In this document: positions 21,004 through 30,800 of the stretch, piece after piece
Position numbering within the stretch: the stretch's first letter is position 1
How the letters are laid out: each line of letters opens with the position of its first letter
From: an uncultured delta proteobacterium
Lineage (GTDB): Bacteria > Desulfobacterota > Binatia > UBA9968
Direction of reading: 5' to 3'
Length of the DNA: 64,000 nt
NCBI GenBank assembly: GCA_963745835.1
Contig: CAVUZH010000016.1
Coordinates: 192,001-256,000 of the forward strand
Translations under genes and position numbers: made by a program
The notes under the pieces: model-generated
What the model saw: only the letters and a program-made list of their open reading frames with translations
Databases searched by the model: none
What the model was told of the DNA's origin: nothing

Positions 21004-22323
21004 TTATTTCTCAGCGATGATTGTCTGGTTTCCGACAATGACGGTAATCATTTTTTCCGGCTCCAGGTATTTCTGTGCGACCCGGTGGACATCCTCAATG
21101 GTAATTTTCCGGATCAGATCCGGATAACGCTCGGTATAATCCAGGCCTAGCTCGAAGTATTCCACCTGAGCCAAGAAGTTGGCTACCTTACCCATGGTAT
21201 CGAAGCGCAGCGGGAAGCTGCCAGTCAGATAATCCTTGGCATCGTTAAGCTCGGCCTCGGTAACCGGCGCCTGACGGATGCGGCGGATTTCCTCTTTTGC
21301 GATAGAGATTGCCTGCAAAGCGGTGTCATTTTTTGTCTGCATCACGAACTGGAAAATACCGCGCCCTTTCTCCGCGCTAAAATAGCTGTAAACCGAATAT
21401 GCCAGGCCACGCTGATTGCGGATGGAATCCATTGCCCGCGACGAGAATCCGCCGCCGCCGAGAATGTAGTTCATCACTTGCAGCGCGTAGTAGTCGGGGT
21501 TTTCCCGGCCGACACCGCGTTGACCCAGAATTAGATTCGCTTGAGTGAGATCCTTATGGACTCGGATCGTGCCGATTTCCGGCGCCGCCGGTAGTGCCAA
21601 TGGCTTGGGCGGCGGCTCACCTTTGTTCCAAGAGCGAAAGGCCTGATTGAGTGCCTCGGTCATTTCTTCATGCGAGATATCGCCGACAATTGCCATGATC
21701 GAGCGATTCGGACGGTAATGCCGTTGATAAAACTCTCGTAAGCTTGCCTGCGGTATTGCCCTCACCGATGTCTCGGTCCCCTCGACCGGCCGGCCATACC
21801 GCGTCTGCGGAGATACCGCCGCCGCAAATCGCATGTCGGCAATTTCACCCGGCTGCTCTTGCTTGGCTCGAATCGATGCTATGACCGCTTGCTTTTGCCG
21901 CTCAATTTCTTCTGGCGGGAACACCGCGTTCGTCAACACTTCCGCCAGCAGTTCCAAACCCGCAGGAAGGTCTTTTTTGAGAACCGTCAAACTAACACTC
22001 GCGAGATCTTCGCCGCTGCGCGCCGACAGGCTGGCGCCAAGAAAGTCCAAGCTTTCACTGATTTGCAAAGCAGTGCGCCGCTTGGTGCCCTCGGTGATCA
22101 ATTCGGCGGTCAAATTGGCAAGGCCATCCTGCTTAGGCGCGTCATAACGCGCGCCTGCGTGGATCAACATCTCTATCGATACCATCGGCAGAGTTCTCTG
22201 CTCCGAGGTCAGCAACACCATGCCATTGTTCAACACCGACCGGCGCGGCGTCATCGCCGTTTGTCCGAGGCCCGGGGAAACAAGCAGCCCTACAAACAGC
22301 AGCAGAGAAAAAAACTTCTTCAT
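21004..22323 (-). CDS. M16 family peptidase, non-catalytic subunit
   Basis: insulinase fold motifs (LNNG, GGGGFSSR, RGLAYSV) but no HxxEH; signal peptide. Confidence 0.88.
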   Translation of the reverse strand: MKKFFSLLLFVGLLVSPGLGQTAMTPRRSVLNNGMVLLTSEQRTLPMVSIEMLIHAGARYDAPKQDGLANLTAELITEGTKRRTALQISESLDFLGASLSARSGEDLASVSLTVLKKDLPAGLELLAEVLTNAVFPPEEIERQKQAVIASIRAKQEQPGEIADMRFAAAVSPQTRYGRPVEGTETSVRAIPQASLREFYQRHYRPNRSIMAIVGDISHEEMTEALNQAFRSWNKGEPPPKPLALPAAPEIGTIRVHKDLTQANLILGQRGVGRENPDYYALQVMNYILGGGGFSSRAMDSIRNQRGLAYSVYSYFSAEKGRGIFQFVMQTKNDTALQAISIAKEEIRRIRQAPVTEAELNDAKDYLTGSFPLRFDTMGKVANFLAQVEYFELGLDYTERYPDLIRKITIEDVHRVAQKYLEPEKMITVIVGNQTIIAEK

Positions 22324-23642
22324 GGGGTCTTGGCTTTGACGGGCATCAGCGTACCGACGGTGCGGCGCTCGCGATCGAGATACTGCTTGGCGACTCTACG
22401 AATGTCTTCCCGGGTCACTTTTCTAATACCTTCGAGATAGCGGTCCATCAGCCGCCAATCGCCCGCGATCTCATAGAATCCGATTTTCATGGCTTGGCCG
22501 AAAATCGAGTCGCGACTAAAAATGAATGCCGCTTCGACCTGATTCTTGGCCTTCTGTAGCTCCCGCTCGCTGACCAAATCCGCTTTGACCTTCTCAATCA
22601 GGCCATCGATCTCCCGCTCGATCGGTGCGGGATCCTTACCCGGCAACAGTTGCGCTGTCACGGAGAAGATCGTCGGATCGATGGAAGCTCCACTGTAATC
22701 GGCATCGACCGCCCGCGCCAACTGCTTTTGGTAAACCAGGTTCTGATGCAGCCGAGAGCTGCGCCCGCCAGCAAGTACCACTGTGAGCAGGTCCAGAGCG
22801 AAGTTATCTTTGCTGATCAAATTAGGAGCATGATAATACGCGCTGACAATCGGCAGCTCCGCTTCTTTTTTCAAAATGGCTCTACGTTCGCCTAGTTGCG
22901 GTGGCTCTTTGGCGTGAACCTTAGGAGGTTCAGTGCCGCGCGGGATTTTGCCATAAGCAGCTCTAATCTTGGGCAAAATCTCTGCAGTGGAAAAATCTCC
23001 GGTGACAACAATGAAGGCGTTGTTAGGCGAGTAGTAAAGCTTGTAGAAATCGACCAAATCCTGCCGTGTAAGATTTTCGATATCGTACATCCAACCGATC
23101 ACCGGACGACGATAGGGATGAACCATGTATGTGACGGCGCCGGTCAGCTCGCCCAGCGCCGCAGCTGGATTGTCGTCGACTCTCAGACGTCGCTCTTCTT
23201 GAATAACTCTCTTTTCCGCTTCGAAATACTCCTCACCCAAAAGCGCATTCACCATCCGATCCGCTTCAAGCTCGAGCTGAATATGGATTTTGTCTCGGCT
23301 CATGGTGGCGAAGTAAACTGTCACATCGGCAGTTGTAAATGCATTTGCTTGGCCACCGTTTTTGGCGATGATTTGGGAATACTGTTCCGGCCCGGTCGTT
23401 GGGGTGCCCTTGAACAACATGTGCTCGAGAAAATGCGCTAAACCGCTCTTGCCGTCTTGTTCATTGCGTGAACCAACCCGGTACCAAACCTGAAAGGTTA
23501 CCGCCGGACTCTTGTGATCCTCGAGAAGAAGAACCTTGAGACCGTTATCGAGCGAGAATTCTTGAACATCGGCGCAAGAGTCTTGTGCGGACGCGGCGAG
23601 CAGCAAGAGAGCAAGAATCAAGTCAGAGAACAATCGCCGCAT
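22320..23642 (-). CDS. M16 family zinc peptidase, catalytic subunit
   Basis: GLAHFLEHMLFKGT (HxxEH), NAFT, EERR, HPY; signal peptide. Confidence 0.92.
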   Translation of the reverse strand: MRRLFSDLILALLLLAASAQDSCADVQEFSLDNGLKVLLLEDHKSPAVTFQVWYRVGSRNEQDGKSGLAHFLEHMLFKGTPTTGPEQYSQIIAKNGGQANAFTTADVTVYFATMSRDKIHIQLELEADRMVNALLGEEYFEAEKRVIQEERRLRVDDNPAAALGELTGAVTYMVHPYRRPVIGWMYDIENLTRQDLVDFYKLYYSPNNAFIVVTGDFSTAEILPKIRAAYGKIPRGTEPPKVHAKEPPQLGERRAILKKEAELPIVSAYYHAPNLISKDNFALDLLTVVLAGGRSSRLHQNLVYQKQLARAVDADYSGASIDPTIFSVTAQLLPGKDPAPIEREIDGLIEKVKADLVSERELQKAKNQVEAAFIFSRDSIFGQAMKIGFYEIAGDWRLMDRYLEGIRKVTREDIRRVAKQYLDRERRTVGTLMPVKAKTP

Positions 23643-23850
23643 GCCGTTACCGTAAAGGAAGTCAGCTTTAACTTCAAGGAATCTCGGAAGCACCTGCCGA
23701 TCACGTGTGCCGTCGTTGGCGCAAGAGTTCGGTGCGCGGTGTCGATCAAAGTCGAAGGCGCAAAGATGATTCTGATCGATCGAAATTACCGATGCAGGAT
23801 TCTTCGAATAATCTAGTAGGCCCGGCCCAAACTCGAATTTTGGCGTTCAT

Positions 23851-23879
23851 TTGACTAGCTCTGATCACCACAATAGTAT
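23851..23879 (+). promoter_or_regulatory. sigma70-type promoter for the UbiD-family gene
   Basis: TTGACT-N17-TAGTAT, followed by RBS AGGAGG and ATG 23903. Confidence 0.6.
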
Positions 23880-23902
23880 GACCGCAGAATTAGGAGGACA
23901 TC

Positions 23903-25336
23903 ATGACCGATGTGACCGACATGCGAGGATACGTGGAGTTGCTGGAGGAGATGGGCGAACTGCGAAGACTCGAGGGCGTAGATCTTGACCTGGAAGTTGG
24001 CGCGCTCACCGAGCGTGCGGCGGAGAAAGAAGGCGCGGCGCTGCTGTTTAGCAATTTCAAAGAATTCCCAGCCGGCTTTCGCGTCATCTCCAATGTTTTC
24101 CGTACTTGCAGGCGCACCGGCCCGGCCATGGGCATCGATCCCGAGCTCAATGGCGTCGATTACCTGAACGCATGGCGGAAGAAATTGGCTGCTTACAAAC
24201 CGGTGCCGGTCCAGCAAGTCGAAGGCGGTCCGGTGTTTGAAAACCAAATGGTTGATGATCAGGTGGATCTGTATAAATTTCCCGTCCCCAAATGGCACGA
24301 TCTCGATGGCGGACCTTATATCGGGACCGGCTGCGGGGTAATCACCAAAGACCCAGAAACCGGCAAGATTAATATTGGCACGTACCGGGTGATGGTCCAG
24401 AATAAAAACACCCTTTCGGTGAAGATGAACATGGGCAAGCACGGCCGATTGGCGTTCGAACGCGCCCGCGATGCTGGCAAGCCGTTACCGATCGCCATCA
24501 CATTCTGCCAGGGACCGGCGATTTTCCTCGCAGCTCAGATGCCACTGCCGCCCGACGTCAATGAGTTCGAATTTGCCGGTTATCTTCAAGGCTCACCAGT
24601 GCCCGTGGCGCGCGGAGCCGTCACCGGGCTGCCGATTCCGGCAAATGCGGAAATTGTCGTTGAAGGCGAACTCCCGCCAATGAAGGACCAAGACATGCCC
24701 AAGGAAGGGCCGTTCGGCGAGTGGCCGGGTTACTTTACCGAAGAGAATGTCGGCGAAACGCCGATCATGAACGTTAAACGGATCTATTATCGAAACGATC
24801 CTATCATTCTCGGCGCTCCGCCGCTCAAGCCGCCGGCAAGCTATTTGCCCATCCCGTTGGGTGCGGCGACGCTTTGGGAGCAACTAGAGAAAGCGGGAAT
24901 TCCGGAGGTCAAAGGCGTTTGGGGTTTCGTTTATGGCGGTCAGCCTGGCCCCTTTACCGTCATATCCATCAAGCAGCGTTATGCCGGCCACTCGAAACAG
25001 GCGTTGTTGGTTGCCGCCGGCGCACGCGCCGGAGCCTACGGCGGAAAATTCGTTGTGGTGGTGGATGATGACATCGATATCGCCAATCCCGCCGACGTGA
25101 TTTGGGCGATTGCTACTCGTTGTCACGTTCGCGAGGGCCTCGATGTCGTCAAAGGCGTTTGGGCATCCGTATGTGAGCCGGCATTGCCGCCCGAGGAAAG
25201 ATCACCCCGCGGCTACACCTCTGACCGGGTGCTGATCGATGCTTGCCGGCCATTTAAATGGATGGATCAATTCCCACCGGTCAACGCGTTTACCAGTGAA
25301 TTCAAAGATCGCATCGAAAGTAAATTTAAAATTTAG
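23903..25336 (+). CDS. UbiD family (prFMN-dependent) decarboxylase
   Basis: DGGPYIGT, NIGTYR, EGPFGEWPGY, VVDDDID, WAIATR, IDACRP. Confidence 0.9.
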   Translation: MTDVTDMRGYVELLEEMGELRRLEGVDLDLEVGALTERAAEKEGAALLFSNFKEFPAGFRVISNVFRTCRRTGPAMGIDPELNGVDYLNAWRKKLAAYKPVPVQQVEGGPVFENQMVDDQVDLYKFPVPKWHDLDGGPYIGTGCGVITKDPETGKINIGTYRVMVQNKNTLSVKMNMGKHGRLAFERARDAGKPLPIAITFCQGPAIFLAAQMPLPPDVNEFEFAGYLQGSPVPVARGAVTGLPIPANAEIVVEGELPPMKDQDMPKEGPFGEWPGYFTEENVGETPIMNVKRIYYRNDPIILGAPPLKPPASYLPIPLGAATLWEQLEKAGIPEVKGVWGFVYGGQPGPFTVISIKQRYAGHSKQALLVAAGARAGAYGGKFVVVVDDDIDIANPADVIWAIATRCHVREGLDVVKGVWASVCEPALPPEERSPRGYTSDRVLIDACRPFKWMDQFPPVNAFTSEFKDRIESKFKI

Positions 25337-25421
25337 CAATTCAGCAGGCCAGAGTAATCTGTTTTGCGACGATCTTTAGATCGAGGCAATCAACCCGTCT
25401 CGTCAAGACGATAGGTGCATT

Positions 25422-26048
25422 ATGGGCAGTATTGAAGCGTTGAGCCTGGCAATGGGAACAGCTTGGACTGCCGGCATCAACCTGTATGCCACTGTGGCGG
25501 CTTTGGGGCTGGCAGGACGCTTCGAAATGATCCGCTTGCCACAAAGCCTGGAGGTGCTCACCAATCCCTTCGTCATCGCAGTTGCGTGCATCATGTATGC
25601 GATCGAATTTTTCGCCGACAAAATCCCTTTTGTCGACAACGGTTGGGACGTGTTACACACGTTCATTCGAGTACCCGCCGGCGCCATCCTAGCAGCGCGT
25701 TCGTTGGGTGACATGAGCCCGGGCTTGGAATTCGCCGCCCTGCTGGCTGGCGGCAGCATTGCGTTGGCAGCGCATGGCACCAAGGCAACCAGCCGTTTAG
25801 CAATCAACTCCAGCCCCGAACCATTTAGCAACTGGATCGCCAGCTTTGTTGAGGACATCGCGGTTTTGGGCGGCATTTGGATCATCTTCAATTATCCATG
25901 GCTGATGCTCGTGTTAGTTGTTGTTTTCCTGGCGCTGATGCTTTGGATTGTGCCAAAAATATTTCGCTTGGCTAAGCGTGGGTTTAGCATGCTGCGCGCG
26001 CGACTCGGCGGGATCAAACCGGGGCAAGCAAGCACGAGTACCCCCTGA
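25422..26048 (+). CDS. DUF4126 family membrane protein
   Basis: AGINLYAT, EFFADKIP..D..WD..HTFIR.PAGA, SPEPFSNW..S..ED. Confidence 0.85.
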   Translation: MGSIEALSLAMGTAWTAGINLYATVAALGLAGRFEMIRLPQSLEVLTNPFVIAVACIMYAIEFFADKIPFVDNGWDVLHTFIRVPAGAILAARSLGDMSPGLEFAALLAGGSIALAAHGTKATSRLAINSSPEPFSNWIASFVEDIAVLGGIWIIFNYPWLMLVLVVVFLALMLWIVPKIFRLAKRGFSMLRARLGGIKPGQASTSTP

Positions 26049-26115
26049 GGCGCTTTCAGACGCGCTCATAATTCATCGCCAACACAAGCCGACGAGCACA
26101 TGTAAACTCGAGGAT

Positions 26116-27006
26116 ATGGAAGAAGACGTTGACAAGCTAACAGCCGATCTGCCGCCAACACCACTGACTCTCGACGGCTCTTATCTACTGCACCAAATGT
26201 TTCGTGTGCGCTGGGCCGCTTGGCGCGCGCTCAGTGCTGCCGAGCAAGAGGCGCTTCTCAACCAAGCCACGGCGATATTTCGCGGCATGGAAGACAACAA
26301 ACAGGAAGCCACCGGATTGTTCGCCATGCTCGGTCACAAAGGCGACCTGATGTTGGTGCATTTTCGCAAAGCCTTAGACGCCTTGAACCTCGCCGAACTC
26401 GAGCTCGCGCAATTAAGACTGCTCGATTTTCTCGAGCCGATGACATCCTATCTTTCGGTTGTCGAGCTTGGACTCTACGAAGCTTCGGTAAAACTGTACG
26501 CCGAGCTAATGGCCCGAGCTCTACGGCCCGGCACCGCGGAGTGGAACCGGGAAGTGGAAGCCGAATTGGCCAAGCAGCGGCAGGCAGCGGCGCCGCGCCT
26601 GTGGCCGGAGATTCCGCAGCGCCGTTATTTGTGTTTTTACCCGATGAATAAGTTTCGCGGCGAAGCCAGGAATTGGTACAACGAGCCAATCCGCGAACGG
26701 CAACGAATGATGCGCGAGCACGGCATGATCGGACGCCATTATGCCGGCCGCGTCAATCAGATTATTTCAGGCTCCATAGGCTTCGACGATTGGGAATGGG
26801 GAGTCGATCTCTTCGCCGATGACCCGCTGGTTTTCAAAAAACTCGTTTACGAGATGCGCTTCGATGAAGCCAGCGCGATTTACGGCCTGTTCGGCACGTT
26901 CTACATCGGGCTGCGCTTTCCTGCCGATCAACTTGAAAAACTTTTTTCACGGCGAAGCGCCTACATTTCGCTAAGCCAGTTCGCGTTGAGACATCGAATG
27001 GTTTGA
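26116..27006 (+). CDS. hemQ: coproheme decarboxylase (HemQ/ChdC, chlorite dismutase superfamily)
   Basis: GHKGDLM, SYLSVVEL, FYPMNK, MREHGMIGR.Y, GFDDWEWGV, YEMRFDEASA. Confidence 0.8.
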   Translation: MEEDVDKLTADLPPTPLTLDGSYLLHQMFRVRWAAWRALSAAEQEALLNQATAIFRGMEDNKQEATGLFAMLGHKGDLMLVHFRKALDALNLAELELAQLRLLDFLEPMTSYLSVVELGLYEASVKLYAELMARALRPGTAEWNREVEAELAKQRQAAAPRLWPEIPQRRYLCFYPMNKFRGEARNWYNEPIRERQRMMREHGMIGRHYAGRVNQIISGSIGFDDWEWGVDLFADDPLVFKKLVYEMRFDEASAIYGLFGTFYIGLRFPADQLEKLFSRRSAYISLSQFALRHRMV

Positions 27007-27027
27007 TACTTGACGGCCGGAGGCGCC

Positions 27028-27789
27028 ATGAGATTGCACAACAAAGTCGTGGTTATTACCGGCGCCGCGCACGGTATCGGCAAGGCCTATGCGCGCAGGT
27101 TCGCCGAAGAAGGCGCCCAGGTGGTGGTCGCCGATATCGATAGCCAAGGCGGCCGCACAGTCGCACAAGCGTTGACGGATTTAGGATTCTGCGCATGGGC
27201 GCGCGCTACCGACGTCACAGACTATTTAGATGTCCAAGGTTTGATGCTGGAGACGGCCGAAAAGTTCGGCGTCATCGATGTGCTGCTCAACAACGCGGCG
27301 ATCTACGTCACGCAAAAACTTTGGAAAGGACCGGTCGAAGATCTTGATCTGGCGGAGTGGGACCGAGTTATTGAAGTAAACCTGAAAGGCGTTTTCCTCT
27401 GCTGTAAGGCGGCGATCCCAATCATGAAGCGGCAACGCAGTGGCAAGATCATCAACATTGCCTCGGGCACGTTTTTCAGCGGCTCCGGCAACATGCCGCA
27501 TTACACAACCGCAAAAGGCGGCGTGGTCGCGCTAACGCGAGTCATGGCCCGACAACTGGGAGCATGGAACATCAATGTCAATTGCATGACCCCTGGCTCG
27601 ACCATGAGTGAGGATTCGGTCACCGATGATGTGCTCAAGCGGCGCGAGGGCAGTATGGATAAACGCGCTTTCCGTCGCGTCGAAACGCCGGCGGACATCG
27701 TCGGGACGGCGCTATTTTTGGCTAGTTCCGACAGCGATTTTATTACCGGACAGTTACTCGTAGTGGAAGGTGGCGGCATCATGCATTGA
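27028..27789 (+). CDS. SDR family oxidoreductase
   Basis: TGAAHGIG, NNAA, YTTAK, FITGQ. Confidence 0.9.
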   Translation: MRLHNKVVVITGAAHGIGKAYARRFAEEGAQVVVADIDSQGGRTVAQALTDLGFCAWARATDVTDYLDVQGLMLETAEKFGVIDVLLNNAAIYVTQKLWKGPVEDLDLAEWDRVIEVNLKGVFLCCKAAIPIMKRQRSGKIINIASGTFFSGSGNMPHYTTAKGGVVALTRVMARQLGAWNINVNCMTPGSTMSEDSVTDDVLKRREGSMDKRAFRRVETPADIVGTALFLASSDSDFITGQLLVVEGGGIMH

Positions 27790-27833
27790 ACCGGTGCCCT
27801 CGATCGGCAATCGACAGTGACCCTCAACCGATC

Positions 27834-28343
27834 TCAAGCCGACTGCCCCATGACACCGTAGACATGTCCGCACTCGCTGCAGAAAACAACGCTGAAGGGC
27901 GCAAGAACGAATTGCTTGCCGCGGGATGATCCGGCCCCGCCTTTACGCGAGACGATGTAATCCGTGCCCAGCGCGGAGCATTGCGGGCATTTAGGTTGCG
28001 GTTCAGTTTTGGATTGTGATTCAGCCTTTCCTTTGAAATCGTACGAGTGGTTAAATCCTTGATGAATGTGCTCGCCAAACTGCTCGGCCTGTGGCTTTTC
28101 TTCCTGCGGCTCTTCTTCACCGGGTGGGCGTGTCGCCCGATCGTAGATGCTGCGCTTGCTGCTGTCGGATAAAATACCATAAGCCTGTAACACTTGTGTG
28201 AATTTTTCCGCCGCCTGTTTATCGTCGGGATTTCGGTCAGGGTGATAGCGAAACGCCATCTTCCGGTATGCTTGTTTGATTTCGGCTTCGCTGGCGTTTC
28301 GTTTAAGGCCCAGCAAAGAGTAAAAATCAATTAGATTCTCCAA
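27834..28343 (-). CDS. DnaJ (J-domain) protein with C-terminal zinc-ribbon-like domain
   Basis: YHPDRN J-domain; CPQC...CSECGHVYG. Confidence 0.82.
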   Translation of the reverse strand: MENLIDFYSLLGLKRNASEAEIKQAYRKMAFRYHPDRNPDDKQAAEKFTQVLQAYGILSDSSKRSIYDRATRPPGEEEPQEEKPQAEQFGEHIHQGFNHSYDFKGKAESQSKTEPQPKCPQCSALGTDYIVSRKGGAGSSRGKQFVLAPFSVVFCSECGHVYGVMGQSA

Positions 28344-28399
28344 AATCGCCTCACAAAGATTTTTCTCGCTCGCCGCCCTACCACTGCGCGATGGGAAGT

Positions 28400-28900
28400 T
28401 TAGCGGCCGTGGCTGGGAAGCTTCACCGAATGATCAACTTTACGGCGTTGTTTGTACATGCTGACGCACATGTCATAAATGGCACTACCGTCTCGATCGT
28501 CCACAATTCGCTCGCCCTCCTTGGTCTCATATTCGACTGAAAAAGAAGGGCTGCTGCCCGGCGCTTCGTTGTTTGAAATGCGGATAAGCCGGGCTTGATT
28601 TTTATCGAGGTAGCCGCCAATGGCCCGGAGAATCTGGACAAGGCTAACGAACTCTTTTGTCGGTGAAGATGTTCCGCGCTGCTCCTGGCCGGCGCTATCG
28701 AGCTCGAGAATTTCCCCCGGCGTATATTGAAGGCTTACCGGCATCGGCGCCGGTGGAGGTTGGTAGCCCGCCAGCACAATGTACCCGGTAGTGTCCAAGA
28801 TGATATCAAGCGTGCGTAATCCCCGGCTTTCGAGATCCTGACCAATACATCGAAGAGCCGTTGAATAATTGACGGGATGCAGCCGTGCCAGCCTTCTCAT
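28400..28900 (-). CDS. hypothetical protein (paralog of 29080-29517)
   Basis: clean 166-aa ORF; shares ALRxIGQDLE and LRxxGGYxD motifs with its neighbour. Confidence 0.7.
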   Translation of the reverse strand: MRRLARLHPVNYSTALRCIGQDLESRGLRTLDIILDTTGYIVLAGYQPPPAPMPVSLQYTPGEILELDSAGQEQRGTSSPTKEFVSLVQILRAIGGYLDKNQARLIRISNNEAPGSSPSFSVEYETKEGERIVDDRDGSAIYDMCVSMYKQRRKVDHSVKLPSHGR

Positions 28901-29079
28901 ACCTTCCCAAAAATCCTTATAACGGGGTTATGATCGAGAAGGGAAATGGTACGAATAGTGTTCGGAAAAATCAACCGAATTCTTGCGCGCCAGGTGGAGT
29001 CTCCCGCCACCGAAATCACCGCACGGTGAGGACACATCCATCTTAATTCACTCCGCCGATTTCTTGCGCGGCCGAGTAG

Positions 29080-29517
29080 TCACTTCCTCTGTTGGCGCAA
29101 AGAGTTAGTGATCTCATCGAGCGCTGGCTTCGACAGAGTGTTCTCCACTTGGCTGCCATCGGGCAATGCAAATTCAACCCGGTAAGCGATCTCTGGCCCA
29201 AACAAATCATAATTAGCGACACGCAGCAGCCGGCCCTTCTCCCGATCTACATACCCTCCCAGGCTTCGGAGAGTGCCAGGGAGCGATTCCGCGCTGATAA
29301 CAGAAAAATCGCCGGTACGTTTCAACTGGCCCATGAAATCTATTTGTTCGAGAATTCTGCTGGTATAACAAAGAGACAGAAGATTACCTGGCGGCGGCAG
29401 ATCGCAGTCACATTGAACCCGGTACTCGGATTGCTTGACGCTGATATCATAGACCAGCGCGCCATGGCCCTCTAAATCTTGGCCGATGGCGCGCAGAGCC
29501 TGCCCATATGTCAACAT
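29080..29517 (-). CDS. hypothetical protein (paralog of 28400-28900)
   Basis: YGQALRAIGQDLE, TLRSLGGYVD; starts about 22 nt after the hydratase alpha/gamma stop. Confidence 0.7.
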   Translation of the reverse strand: MLTYGQALRAIGQDLEGHGALVYDISVKQSEYRVQCDCDLPPPGNLLSLCYTSRILEQIDFMGQLKRTGDFSVISAESLPGTLRSLGGYVDREKGRLLRVANYDLFGPEIAYRVEFALPDGSQVENTLSKPALDEITNSLRQQRK

Positions 29518-29539
29518 TAAGACAAAGAAGAAGGGATAA

Positions 29540-30169
29540 CTAAGTTTCCGGCAACTTCGCGAGCGCATCCATCACGCCGATCATGCTGTCGCGCGTGACC
29601 AGCCTCGCTAGCTCCGTCTCGCTCAATCCTTCGGTCCCTTTCGGACGCAGTGGCAAAACCAAATAGCGGATATCCGCGGTGCTATCGTGCACCCGCACTT
29701 CGACGTCGTCGGGGAGTACAAGACCGAATTCACGCATCACGCCACGGGGGTCGTTTACCGAGCGCTGACGATAGTTGAAGCTCTTGTACCAATCGGGCGG
29801 GCGCCCCAGAATCGGACGTGGATAACAGGAGCACAACGTGCAAACCACCATGTGGCGAACTTTCTCGGTATTTTCTAAAACGACAAATTCGTTAAGCGCG
29901 GTAGCGTCGATTCCGAGCTCGGCGCAAGCCGCTTTAGGGTCGGCAATCAGACGCTCCTTAAACGCCGGGTCGACCCAGGCGCGGGCGACGATCTTCGCGC
30001 CATTGGCCGGAGAACGCGCTTCCTGATACTCGATTTGACTTTGAATATCCTCCTCAGTGATGACGCCTTTCTCTAGCAGTAAATCCCGGATCGCATAGAT
30101 TCGCTTAGCCTGCGGGCTGAGTTCATGCTGGGGATGTTCGTGTCCGTGCCCGTCAACTGATGTGCTCAT
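29540..30169 (-). CDS. Co-type nitrile hydratase alpha / thiocyanate hydrolase gamma (ScnC-like) subunit
   Basis: GAKIVARAWVDPAFK, VVCTLCSCYP metal motif (Thr = Co type), PPDWYKS, VHDSTAD.RY.VLP.RP; His-rich N-terminus. Confidence 0.92.
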   Translation of the reverse strand: MSTSVDGHGHEHPQHELSPQAKRIYAIRDLLLEKGVITEEDIQSQIEYQEARSPANGAKIVARAWVDPAFKERLIADPKAACAELGIDATALNEFVVLENTEKVRHMVVCTLCSCYPRPILGRPPDWYKSFNYRQRSVNDPRGVMREFGLVLPDDVEVRVHDSTADIRYLVLPLRPKGTEGLSETELARLVTRDSMIGVMDALAKLPET

Positions 30170-30479
30170 CCTTCTGTCCTCCGTACCCTGCCGGTTCCAA
30201 CCAATGATCGTAAATGTCAACGCACACTTTGTCGCCCGGCGCTTGCGTCGCTCCCCAGACATCGGCATGATTGAAGGCAACAAGATAGAGCGTTCGCCTC
30301 GGCAATCCGTCCCCGCCAAAGGCAAGCGATTCGGGGTTTAAGAAGTCGCCATAGACTCGCTCCACCCGGCCGGTCTTGCCGCGAATATAATACGGTGTGC
30401 GAATGTGTCCAGGGCGATGCTCGTTCAACACTCGCACGGCATCACCCGGCCGGAATCTGCCGGTTGCCGGGTGGATCAT
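30153..30479 (-). CDS. nitrile hydratase beta C-terminal SH3-like subunit (ScnA-like)
   Basis: FRPGDAVRV, GHIRTPYYIRGKTG, LYLVAF, DIYDHWLEPA. Confidence 0.85.
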   Translation of the reverse strand: MIHPATGRFRPGDAVRVLNEHRPGHIRTPYYIRGKTGRVERVYGDFLNPESLAFGGDGLPRRTLYLVAFNHADVWGATQAPGDKVCVDIYDHWLEPAGYGGQKDEHIS

Positions 30480-30787
30480 GGCTCTCCCCACTTTTTCTCG
30501 AATTCGACGACCCTCTTGTCGATCTCATCTTTTGTCAGAATGCCTTTTTCGATCAGGATAGTCTCCATGCTGGCAATCCAACGCTCGTAATAATTCATTT
30601 CGCGATAGGCATCGGAATCCATCTCCTCGCGGGCGCGCCGCAGTTCATCGGTTCGCTTGACTCCCCTGGCGCCCAACGCTTGATTGATCGCGTCTGCCAG
30701 AATCTCCCAATCTGAAAGCTCGTGCTGCGATTTTTCGATCGGTCCGGCCCCGGGTAGCCCGCCGATGTCGTGATGTCCTCTTTGCAT
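30476..30787 (-). CDS. nitrile hydratase beta N-terminal subunit (ScnB-like)
   Basis: HDIGG, WE, DELRRAREEM, YYERW, LIEKG. Confidence 0.85.
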   Translation of the reverse strand: MQRGHHDIGGLPGAGPIEKSQHELSDWEILADAINQALGARGVKRTDELRRAREEMDSDAYREMNYYERWIASMETILIEKGILTKDEIDKRVVEFEKKWGEP

Positions 30788-30800
30788 GACTCTACTCCAA

